A stretch of DNA of 43,727 nucleotides. It comes from a virus. This document shows positions 1 to 7,921 of the stretch, piece by piece (the first letter of the stretch is position 1; every line of letters begins with the position of its first letter). The stretch is from IMG/VR virus record IMGVR_UViG_3300021437_000005; one strand, written 5' to 3'. A program made the position numbers and the translations under genes. Below the pieces are notes generated by a model, which had not been told where the DNA came from, ran no database searches, and was given only the letters and a program-made list of their open reading frames with translations.

Positions 1-127
1 ATCATCAAAGAAGAAGTGACGAAGCAGCTTGAACGGGAGAAGGTCTCGCCATCGGCTATTGAGCAGCGCCCATCAGACTTTGAAGCCTTCTCGAAGGCCG
101 TAGACAAGCCTGCTGCACAGCCGGAAC
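1..127. repeat. Terminal overlap, identical to 43601-43727 (circular closure or assembly overlap)
   Basis: Base-by-base comparison of the first and last 127 nt shows no mismatch. Unique length is 43,600 bp. Confidence 0.95.
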
Positions 128-3100
128 AGGCGGTGACGGGGGGGACGGGTGGAGGACCAGAACAGGCCGTGGCTGGTGGGATCGCCAAAGAGCCATGGCA
201 GATGACGCGGGAAGAATTTAACGCTATAAAGGAACGGTATCGCTCTCTTTACCATCAATGGATAGATGCTGAGATAGCGTTAACTGATGCGCTTGAAGGT
301 GTAGGCCCTGGCCGCACCGGATTTGCACCAACTGCGAGTAAGGCTCAAGAAATTATTAATAATATACGAAAAAAACTTCCGAGTTGGGTCACGTTTGAAG
401 AAGGATTCGACTATGACGCCTACCTTAAAAAAGCGTTGGCGGCTGGTGAGCCTGTTCAGGTACCATCATCCTCGGAATTACCGCCTGTGACGGGTAATCA
501 AAGTCAATTCTATCACGGCTCTGGAACCGTTGGGCTGACTAAAGATCGGCTCAATCCAGACCTGACCAGGATCGAAGGACTCTTCGGGGAAGGTATCTAT
601 CTAACTGACAACCCGGAGATTGCGGCTGGTTATGCGAAGGTGCGTAGCACACGCACCAAGACGCCAGTGGTATACAACGCCCAAGTAGATCCAACGGCCA
701 AAATTCTCAACCTCGAAGAGCCCGTAATTCCGGAATTCGCTGGTACGTTAAAAAAAGCGGCTTTTAGTGTTGACCGTATGGCGGGATCTGATGAAGTTCT
801 GAAAGCTGTGAAAAAGGCTATAGCAACTCCAGGTTCGACCAATGAACAGGTATATGTAGCCTTCTCTAGGGCCATCGAAGAAGTTTCTCACGCTGAGCAA
901 ATACCGATAAGTGAACTTTCAGAGATATTCCAAATCCTGAGAGATGATCTCAAGGAATTCGGGTACGACGCACTTTCTTATACTGGGGGCAAACGAACAG
1001 GAAAGCTTCCACACCGGGCAGTGGTCGTCATTAATCCAGATATTATCACTCAGTTTGATCCGACCGTTAGTTCCGTTAAACCTCCCGTTGGCGTACAACC
1101 ACGCCTCCTTGATACGCAGGCCACGATGCCACCGACGCCGCTCCAGCCAAAGGCGCCGCAAGTGGAGCATGGGGAGTTGTTGGCAGGGATGCGACCGATT
1201 GAACCGCCTCCGCCGGAGTTGCCGTTCAGCGGCACCAAGGAGATGCGTGCTGGCCTGCCAGTACCCGAGACGGTCACACCAGCCGAGGTCTCTTTGGGAC
1301 GTTTCAGGACCTTTCTGGCCGAACAGCGAAAGAAATTACCGTCAGAATTACGGGTCTTGAGGGAGGCACCGAACTCGTCAGTGATGAGTGCTATTGATGG
1401 AGCGGCGGCGGATGTCACGAATGGTGCGGAGTCCATCGTGACCCAACCGTGGGCCAAAGCCTTGCAGCGCCGAACCCCGCAAGAGTTCCAACAGCTTGAA
1501 TCGCAGGCGGTTAGGACATGGGAGCAGGGAGGAAAGACCCCAGAGGCGATGGAACAAGCCATTTCCGCATTGCCACCAGATATACAAGAGATGGTTCGGT
1601 ATCGGGCCTCTCGGTTGCCGATTGAACAGGCAGCAAGACGCACGTTGGGACTCCCGGAGATCCCGGAGACGCCAGGACCATATTTTCCTCGGCTCAGCGA
1701 ACATGGCCTCCAGGACATTCAACGACTTGGGGCGGGTGGTCGTCTGGCCGGTGAACTCCAAACGACCCTCCGATCTTTTCAGCAGTCCCGTTCATTCCCA
1801 ACCATGGCAGAGGGACAGGCGCAGGGCATGATCTATGCGGATCCGCGCAAAGCCTGGGCGTTACGCGAATGGTACTCTCTGAAACTCGAAGCGACGGCCA
1901 AACTCATCACAAACCTTGAAGACAAGGGCGTACTCTTTCGGACCGCTGAGGCGGCAAAGGCCGCATCGCCGACCGGCAAAGCGTTCGGCATCGAAGGACT
2001 CCCAGGGTCTCCCGAATGGTTTGCCTCCACGTCGGCTGAGCGAGAGTTCATCTTGCAGAATCTCTCTAGGGCCAACCGTGGGGCGTTGGGGTCCGCGATT
2101 ACGCTTGGTAATCAGATTTTCCGCAATCCCAACCTGTTTAACCCCTTTCCACACTTCACCAAGAACATGCTCTATAAGTTTGGATTGAGCGGAGGCAGTC
2201 CAACAAAAGTCGTCCCGGCGATGCTTGAATATGAACGCGGCTCTTCGCCAATGGTAGCGCGGTTCAAGCAGGTGTTCCCAGCCGCCGATACCGCGCAATC
2301 CGCTGGTCAACTCTTCGATCCCTTTCTGAACCCAACTGGCGTCACCCATAAAGTGCTTCGCGCCGTTGGCGAGATCAATAAACCGAGCAGCACGGCGATC
2401 TTTGCCCATCTCGACCCGGCCCTGCGATATGCCCGATGGAAACAGTACATCGCCAAAGGGATGACCGATCAGGAAGCCGCGAATCATGTACAAGTGGATT
2501 TGATTCGCTATGGGACCAGGTCTGATGCCGTGGATTTCTGGAAATCAATCCCACTGAATTTCTTTGTGCCATGGCGCACCGGTACGGTGACAAGTGTGGT
2601 AAAGCAAATGACATCTCACCCGCTTCGTGCGGCGGCACTGATAGCCGGGATTGATTACCTGCGAGAGGCGAGATACCGGCAGAGTGGACGGTGGACCCAT
2701 CTGCCGATTGACTACTTGGAGTCCCCGATCGCCCAAGTGGTCGCGCATCCCACGCCGAAAACGGCTGCTGCCATCGCGGCGACCACGATTGCCTTCGGAC
2801 CCGGTGGGGCCTCAACAGCCTCGACGCTGCGAGATGCGATTGACGACATCCGTGGCGGGGATGAATGGGGGCGGATACGCAATATGTTCTGGGGAATCTC
2901 GCAGCTCTATGAAATCCCAAAGGAATGGCAAGCGTTTGAAAAGACCGGTGACAGCAGCCACTTAGTCAACATCCTCAGTTCGTCGCTTGTGGCCGAACAT
3001 TCGGCGTTGAACTATTCGCCAAGGAGACTTGCCGCGTATCTCCCAGAATATCTCCCAGGGATGCAGAAGAGTGAACTCGTTCAAGCCGCTGAGGCATTAC

Positions 3101-3195
3101 AGACCCAGCAGCAACGCCGAGGCGAGGCCATAAGAGCCCGACAGGCGCTCCGTCCGGCGCGGACCATTGAGGAGAAATTACAAATAGCCCCATAA
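1..3195 (+). CDS. C-terminal part of the same giant protein (1,589 aa in total) carrying an ART-like domain
   Basis: Continues the 42026 frame and ends at TAA 3193-3195. Motifs FYHGSG, GIYLTDNPEIAAGYA and GYDALSYTGG...AVVVINPDII are present. It sits after the internal-virion genes and before the lysis genes. Confidence 0.8.
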   Translation: MIKEEVTKQLEREKVSPSAIEQRPSDFEAFSKAVDKPAAQPEQAVTGGTGGGPEQAVAGGIAKEPWQMTREEFNAIKERYRSLYHQWIDAEIALTDALEGVGPGRTGFAPTASKAQEIINNIRKKLPSWVTFEEGFDYDAYLKKALAAGEPVQVPSSSELPPVTGNQSQFYHGSGTVGLTKDRLNPDLTRIEGLFGEGIYLTDNPEIAAGYAKVRSTRTKTPVVYNAQVDPTAKILNLEEPVIPEFAGTLKKAAFSVDRMAGSDEVLKAVKKAIATPGSTNEQVYVAFSRAIEEVSHAEQIPISELSEIFQILRDDLKEFGYDALSYTGGKRTGKLPHRAVVVINPDIITQFDPTVSSVKPPVGVQPRLLDTQATMPPTPLQPKAPQVEHGELLAGMRPIEPPPPELPFSGTKEMRAGLPVPETVTPAEVSLGRFRTFLAEQRKKLPSELRVLREAPNSSVMSAIDGAAADVTNGAESIVTQPWAKALQRRTPQEFQQLESQAVRTWEQGGKTPEAMEQAISALPPDIQEMVRYRASRLPIEQAARRTLGLPEIPETPGPYFPRLSEHGLQDIQRLGAGGRLAGELQTTLRSFQQSRSFPTMAEGQAQGMIYADPRKAWALREWYSLKLEATAKLITNLEDKGVLFRTAEAAKAASPTGKAFGIEGLPGSPEWFASTSAEREFILQNLSRANRGALGSAITLGNQIFRNPNLFNPFPHFTKNMLYKFGLSGGSPTKVVPAMLEYERGSSPMVARFKQVFPAADTAQSAGQLFDPFLNPTGVTHKVLRAVGEINKPSSTAIFAHLDPALRYARWKQYIAKGMTDQEAANHVQVDLIRYGTRSDAVDFWKSIPLNFFVPWRTGTVTSVVKQMTSHPLRAAALIAGIDYLREARYRQSGRWTHLPIDYLESPIAQVVAHPTPKTAAAIAATTIAFGPGGASTASTLRDAIDDIRGGDEWGRIRNMFWGISQLYEIPKEWQAFEKTGDSSHLVNILSSSLVAEHSALNYSPRRLAAYLPEYLPGMQKSELVQAAEALQTQQQRRGEAIRARQALRPARTIEEKLQIAP

Positions 3196-3204
3196 GGAGA
3201 TCCC

Positions 3205-3447
3205 GTGACCGACCACGATCTTGACACCTGCCCGCTCGCCCCTGAAATCCAACGATGCGACCGTGAACGCGGCGTGATTATGGCGACGCTCACCTCGATC
3301 AGTGCGACCTTGGCACGCCTGGAGCCGATGATCCAGGCGCACGAAAACAACATGAATCGACAAATCGGGTATCAAGGGTTGATTGGGGTGATCTCAGGGA
3401 TGATCGGGGCGCTCATCGGGTTTGTGGCGTCACGGCTCTGGCGATGA
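3205..3447 (+). CDS. Small C-terminally anchored membrane protein, lysis accessory candidate (holin/antiholin-like)
   Basis: GTG start 5 nt after AGGAG. 80 aa with a single hydrophobic helix LIGVISGMIGALIGFVASRLW at the C-terminus. Directly upstream of the endolysin. Confidence 0.55.
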   Translation: MTDHDLDTCPLAPEIQRCDRERGVIMATLTSISATLARLEPMIQAHENNMNRQIGYQGLIGVISGMIGALIGFVASRLWR

Positions 3448-3561
3448 CCGCCTACCCACCCGTCAGCCGTGAGCATCCCTGCGACGTGAAGACGTGTACT
3501 CCGCTGAAGAAGCCAGTATGGCCGCTGCCGTGTGCCACCTGTCAGCCGATAAAGGAGGCCG

Positions 3562-4068
3562 ATGCCACTTGATCCGAAATCAGAAACGATGTTGCTGAAG
3601 GTCCATCCCGGCCTCGCTCGCCGTGTGCGGGCGCTCTTGATGGCCTGCGAAGCGAAGGGCTGTCCGATGCGCGTCACACAGGGGCTGCGGGATGGGATGG
3701 AACAGACGGCGTTGTATGCGCAAGGACGACAGGGGCTTGATGAGGTCAACCGCCTACGGAAGTTGGCGTGTCTCCCACCCATTACCAGTGAGCAGAATCA
3801 ATGTCCCGTCACGGATGCGCGGCTTGGGTTTAGCTACCACAACTACGGCTTGGCGATTGATCTGTGCTACGCGACAGGCGATCCCTACCACGAAGACGGG
3901 CATAGTCTGACCTGGGAGCAGATCGGGGCGATGATCGAGGCGAATGGATTGGTCTGGGGTGGTCGGTTCAGAATGCGCCCAGACCGTCCACATTGCCAGT
4001 GGTCAGACGGCGTGTCGTTAGCGGATCTACGAGCGGGCAAGGTGCCGCCGATGGAAGCCACGCCATGA
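3562..4068 (+). CDS. Endolysin, peptidase M15 (VanY-like / L-Ala-D-Glu peptidase type)
   Basis: AAAGGAGG RBS. Zinc-ligand motifs SYHNYGLAID (H-x6-D) and DRPHCQW. Confidence 0.85.
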   Translation: MPLDPKSETMLLKVHPGLARRVRALLMACEAKGCPMRVTQGLRDGMEQTALYAQGRQGLDEVNRLRKLACLPPITSEQNQCPVTDARLGFSYHNYGLAIDLCYATGDPYHEDGHSLTWEQIGAMIEANGLVWGGRFRMRPDRPHCQWSDGVSLADLRAGKVPPMEATP

Positions 4069-4841
4069 AAACGATATACCTGATTGGTATAGGATTTTCC
4101 CTCCTCATCCTCGCCGGCTGTGGTGGCGGCCACGTCAGCCACCCCACACCCCCGATCAGCGAGATCGGGATGAACTTGACCATCGACGACCTGATTAACC
4201 GCGTGGATGGACCACAACGGGCGGCCACGTACCTGGATGAGATTGAGAAGGCGGGCTACCGCAAGTCGGTCCGCATGGTCTATGACCGCTCCTGGGGGCC
4301 GAAGTTGTCTACGTGGCTACCTGATCTATTGCGACGCAAGGGGTTTCAATTACTTGCTATCCTCAGCCCCGGCAAGCACGTGGACGGGATGGTACTCATC
4401 GACGCCGACCGTCAGTGGTTCCAAACTGGACTCCCGCCGATTGTGGACATCCTGGAAGGGGTCGAGTTTGCCAACGAACAATGGAACTCGGTTGGGCGTG
4501 GGGACAACTACATCTTCCCGCCGGCGGACTTCGCGGCCTGGCATAATGCGCTTCTGCCAGTTGTGCGACAGATCGCCCCTCTTGTGACGATTGCCGAGGG
4601 CGACATTGGAGGTGGTGGCGGTGACGACTGGTGGAACCAGGTGCGGGCAGTCGGTATCACCAATGTCGGGGCGCTCTCGGAACACCTGTACGGCCATAGT
4701 CTCACATCATCAGACCTGCCGATCTGGATCACGGAAGCGGGATCCGTGGCGGATTGTTACCCGACCCTGCCATGCTGGTTGTACACGTGGAATGAGGCTT
4801 CGAAGTGGGCGAAGCGGCCTGGCGGCGGAATTTTGCCCTGA
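4065..4841 (+). CDS. Lipoprotein with clan GH-A (TIM-barrel) glycoside hydrolase signature
   Basis: ATG overlaps the endolysin stop (ATGA). MKTIYLIGIGFSLLILAGC is a signal peptide plus lipobox. FANEQW (Asn-Glu), EHLY (His-x-Tyr) and IWITEAG (Glu nucleophile) occur in the canonical order. Confidence 0.75.
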   Translation: MKTIYLIGIGFSLLILAGCGGGHVSHPTPPISEIGMNLTIDDLINRVDGPQRAATYLDEIEKAGYRKSVRMVYDRSWGPKLSTWLPDLLRRKGFQLLAILSPGKHVDGMVLIDADRQWFQTGLPPIVDILEGVEFANEQWNSVGRGDNYIFPPADFAAWHNALLPVVRQIAPLVTIAEGDIGGGGGDDWWNQVRAVGITNVGALSEHLYGHSLTSSDLPIWITEAGSVADCYPTLPCWLYTWNEASKWAKRPGGGILP

Positions 4842-4899
4842 TGTACGGCCCCTGCCGAGCCAAGACGCCCTACGGCCCCTGTCCTGGCCGGGCGCAGTC

Positions 4900-5079
4900 A
4901 TGGGAGGTACGATACTGTTACTGGCACGCGATCAGAGGATGGCTGAGCCGATGGCTGGCGAGCTAGACGGGTATACGCTGCTCCACATCCTGGGCGTGGG
5001 TGGCGTGACGGCAATAGCGTTGGGTATTGTATACGGGATTGTCAACATGATTGAGTGGATTGTCAACGGAAGGGGGTGA
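4900..5079 (+). CDS. Small membrane protein (one TM); start uncertain (ATG 4900, 4939 or 4951)
   Basis: Hydrophobic helix LLHILGVGGVTAIALGIVYGIV. Lies between the lipoprotein and the 2-TM gene. No clear RBS. Confidence 0.45.
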   Translation: MGGTILLLARDQRMAEPMAGELDGYTLLHILGVGGVTAIALGIVYGIVNMIEWIVNGRG

Positions 5080-5083
5080 TAAC

Positions 5084-5266
5084 ATGAACTTCAAAAGCTT
5101 GCAACCGATCCTCGTCACCGTGGTAGTGGGCCTGATCGGCGCCTTTACGCCGCAGGTGACGGCGTGGGTGTCCGCACATCCCGATACAGCGGTGACGCTG
5201 GGGACGATCGTCGCGGCGGTCCTGCACGCCTTGCAGTCGCCGGTCAACACGACCACACCGTCCTAA
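5084..5266 (+). CDS. Two-TM small membrane protein, holin candidate
   Basis: GGAAGGGGG RBS then ATG 5084. 60 aa with two hydrophobic segments, ILVTVVVGLIGAF and VTLGTIVAAVLHAL. Confidence 0.6.
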   Translation: MNFKSLQPILVTVVVGLIGAFTPQVTAWVSAHPDTAVTLGTIVAAVLHALQSPVNTTTPS

Positions 5267-5378
5267 TCGTGCGAGGCCGATTGGCGGTTCTAGCCCGCCT
5301 TGGCTACTACGGGAGCGAGCAATGAAACATATCCTACCCGGACAGAAGATTGTGCCCTGCAAGCAACAAAGATAAGAC

Positions 5379-5819
5379 GTGGCTAGTTTAAACACAAAAT
5401 TTAATAGCATAAAACAGGACTGGGAAACTCCATTAGAATTATTCAACCCTCTCAATGCTGAATTTAACTTTACATTAGATGTTTGCGCGACCTCCGCAAA
5501 CGCTAAGGTTTCGACATTTTATTCAGAGCATGATAATGGACTAACAAAAAACTGGAGCGGTACATGCTGGATGAACCCGCCATTTAACCAAGTCGGTAGA
5601 TGGGTTCAAAAAGCCTATTCTGAGAGCTTGAAAGGTGCAACGGTTGTATGTTTGTTGCCTTCTCGAACAAACACAAACTGGTGGCACGATTACTGTTTAA
5701 AGGGACAAATTCGATTTATTAGAGGGCGACCACGTTTTAATGGTGCAACACATGGCCTTCCACAGCCACTAAGTATCGTTATATTTAATCCATATTTTAA
5801 GGGAGCACAACATGATTGA
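5379..5819 (+). CDS. Phage Dam-family N6-adenine DNA methyltransferase
   Basis: DWETPLELF, FTLDVCAT, NPPF (motif IV) and LLPSRTNTNWWH. The segment is visibly AT-richer than its flanks. Confidence 0.85.
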   Translation: MASLNTKFNSIKQDWETPLELFNPLNAEFNFTLDVCATSANAKVSTFYSEHDNGLTKNWSGTCWMNPPFNQVGRWVQKAYSESLKGATVVCLLPSRTNTNWWHDYCLKGQIRFIRGRPRFNGATHGLPQPLSIVIFNPYFKGAQHD

Positions 5820-6141
5820 TCTTGCAGCAATGGGCGCCTTGATGCCCGCGATCACGGCGGGGCTCGAACTCGCCAACGCGGGAGTGAAGAAAGTGCAAGC
5901 GGCGGGGGAATTGAACGTGTATACGGATCGGGCGAAGGCGTTTGCGGACCTGTTCGACGCGGATCTGGAAGTCAAACAGGCCGCCTATGCTACCATTTTC
6001 TCCGACATCCAGATGCTCTGCGCCAAGCATGGCATCACGCCAAGCGCCCCCTATTGGGATGAGGCCAAGCAGCAGGGGAGTCCATGCTTGAGCATCCCGA
6101 TAGCGACGCTGATGGCGCTCATGGATTGTGCGAGCCGATGA
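5812..6141 (+). CDS. Hypothetical protein (weak i-spanin-like candidate)
   Basis: GGAG RBS, 8-nt overlap with the methylase gene. 109 aa with mildly hydrophobic ends and a helical middle. Confidence 0.55.
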   Translation: MIDLAAMGALMPAITAGLELANAGVKKVQAAGELNVYTDRAKAFADLFDADLEVKQAAYATIFSDIQMLCAKHGITPSAPYWDEAKQQGSPCLSIPIATLMALMDCASR

Positions 6142-6149
6142 GGAGTGCG

Positions 6150-6281
6150 ATGAGTAAGGCAATCGCGATAATCGGGATCAGTTTCATGGTCGCCTCATGC
6201 GTTCACAAGCCACCCGCGCTCACGATGCCCCATGTCCCGACGGTCACGACGGATCAGCGTCCGGGGGCCTTAACGAGATAG
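6150..6281 (+). CDS. 43-aa Pro-rich lipoprotein (o-spanin-like or Cor/Llp-like exclusion candidate)
   Basis: GAGGAG RBS. MSKAIAIIGISFMVASC has a lipobox V-A-S-C. The mature part is Pro/Thr-rich. Confidence 0.55.
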   Translation: MSKAIAIIGISFMVASCVHKPPALTMPHVPTVTTDQRPGALTR

Positions 6282-6375
6282 TATTGGTCGGGGGCGTGGG
6301 TACGGTCTCTGCTCCCCAATCTGTCGCCCAATGGCGACTGTCCTCCACGTAGACGACGCCCCGACCATTCTCCCT

Positions 6376-6792
6376 TTAGTCTCGCCCGCACGCCCAACGG
6401 ATCGTGATCCATACATCCGAGACCGGCACAACGCTGGCGTTAAAGGCCGACACGCTCATCTCGGTCGGTGTCAGGCCACCCAGCGCCGTGACCAAGCCAG
6501 GAGCCGCCCCGCTATCTGGCCCTCCGTTACTGACCCGCAGATGGTCAATCGTCTGCGGACGGCAATGCTCGCCGTGCAGCCCAGCGGGAAGTGTGAGGAC
6601 GGCGGACCGGACCTCTCCGGGTGAGAGGTCTCCGAGCGAGACTGAGCAATCACCCTGCCGATAGGCGATCTCTTGCGCCCCGAAGATCGGACGCGGGTTC
6701 GGCGGACAGTCGGCGGTGACCTGCGCTGAGGCCACTCCGAACGACAAAAGACCAACGACTACAGCCGCAAATGCTATTTTCAAGCACCACAT
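6376..6792 (-). CDS. Secreted Cys-containing protein of unknown function (moron-like)
   Basis: AGGAGG RBS before ATG 6792. MWCLKIAFAAVVVGLLSFGVASA-Q is a signal peptide. It is the only minus-strand gene here and is convergent with the late unit. Confidence 0.7.
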   Translation of the reverse strand: MWCLKIAFAAVVVGLLSFGVASAQVTADCPPNPRPIFGAQEIAYRQGDCSVSLGDLSPGEVRSAVLTLPAGLHGEHCRPQTIDHLRVSNGGPDSGAAPGLVTALGGLTPTEMSVSAFNASVVPVSDVWITIRWACGRD

Positions 6793-6945
6793 GGTTCCCC
6801 TCCTATGATGAGCTGCGCCAAATGAGCGGTTGACGTGAGAGGCGAACGGGAACCATGACGAAGGCGGCGCTCGATCAAGGGGTGTCAGAATCCCCCGGAT
6901 TATAAACTCCCCCCGAAAATCCCTATTGACGACGCTGTAACTATG

Positions 6946-6966
6946 CGAAAAGGCCGAAGTCGGTCT
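6946..6966 (-). terminator. Weak hairpin plus T-tract after leftward operon 1
   Basis: Minus strand reads GACCGACTTCGGCC followed by TTTTCG. The GC stem is short, so support is weak. Confidence 0.3.
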
Positions 6967-7016
6967 GTAAGCTAGATTAGCGAACGTGCGCTTGCTGACG
7001 TGGGGTGAGGAGTCCA

Positions 7017-7289
7017 TCACCACATCTCCATCTGCTTCGCCTCTGTTGCCTCTCGTGCCGCTCGTTGCGCCTCTTTTCGCCGTGTCGTTACCCACTTCAC
7101 CACATCCTCGCGGATCAGTTCGTCGGTCGTCGGAATATAGTAATACTCACGCCCTCCATACGTGCAGCCGCCGTAATGCCGGGCGATGCTCAACTGCGAC
7201 TGGCTCACGCCACCGATCACGTAGGGCGTGAACGGATCGAGCCCGCTCGATTGCACGGCGTCAAGTTCGTCGGTGGTCAAGAACGACAT
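7017..7289 (-). CDS. Hypothetical protein, possible HTH
   Basis: AGGAG RBS 8 nt before ATG 7289. 90 aa. The segment GVSQSQLSIARHYGG looks HTH-like. N-terminus MSFLTTDELDAV resembles that of the next gene. Confidence 0.6.
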   Translation of the reverse strand: MSFLTTDELDAVQSSGLDPFTPYVIGGVSQSQLSIARHYGGCTYGGREYYYIPTTDELIREDVVKWVTTRRKEAQRAAREATEAKQMEMW

Positions 7290-7312
7290 CGTTCGCACTC
7301 CTGGCAGTCTTT

Positions 7313-7921
7313 TTATGGTTGGCTAGAGGTTAGTAGTTCCACATGATTTAACGCCTCGTTGCCCCATGTTGCCCAGCCGAGCCTATTGCGGCGGGCGAAA
7401 AGTTCCAAATATGGGCCTGGACTCACTGATTCCACCATATCTATGAAGGCTTCGGGTTTCGCAGAGTGTCGTCCTCGTTTCCAATTCCACCATGTTGACG
7501 GCTCTCGGCGGAGCGGTCGAAGGCCACCACGATGTCCGAAAATGACGTGCTCGGTTGTGATTCCGAAAGCGTCACCGAGCCCAATGCCGATTGGATTCTT
7601 TGCCCATGTCAGCAGTACAGATGGCTTGAAGCCCCACGCTTCGACAACTTCGTATGCCGGTCGAACTAGAATATTGGTTGTCCAGAGGTATAAGTGCGCG
7701 GCCTCGTCTGCGAGTTCTCCGACTGGTAGGGCTTTGATTTCCGCTATCGTCATTGTCGGATATTTGAGCTTCAAATGTCCACTGCCGCCATATCCGAACC
7801 CTGCTGGCCCGGTTGTGGTTCGCCACGGTGGGTCAGCTACGATAGTCTTGAACTTTAACTGTGCCCGCAAATCACCGGATGCAGCGATGGCACCAAGTTC
7901 GTCGTCGGTCAAGTAGCTCAT
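7313..7921 (-). CDS. MT-A70 family N6-adenine DNA methyltransferase
   Basis: ADPPW, YPTM, LYLWTTN, HSAKP and ELFARR..GWATWGNE. ATG 7921 overlaps the upstream stop (ATGA). Confidence 0.85.
   Translation of the reverse strand: MSYLTDDELGAIAASGDLRAQLKFKTIVADPPWRTTTGPAGFGYGGSGHLKLKYPTMTIAEIKALPVGELADEAAHLYLWTTNILVRPAYEVVEAWGFKPSVLLTWAKNPIGIGLGDAFGITTEHVIFGHRGGLRPLRREPSTWWNWKRGRHSAKPEAFIDMVESVSPGPYLELFARRNRLGWATWGNEALNHVELLTSSQP

Noticed and set aside
1050-1718. 222-aa minus-strand ORF inside the giant gene, plus other internal ORFs in 73..3375
   Set aside because: All are nested in or antisense to the continuous 1,589-aa frame and have no translation signals.
6376-7095. Long 239-aa version of the secreted-protein ORF, and the plus-strand ORFs 6331..6624 and 6404..6664
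   Set aside because: The upstream 101 codons lack an RBS and would bury the signal peptide. The internal ATG 6792 has an AGGAGG RBS and gives a canonical signal sequence. The plus-strand ORFs are antisense shadows.
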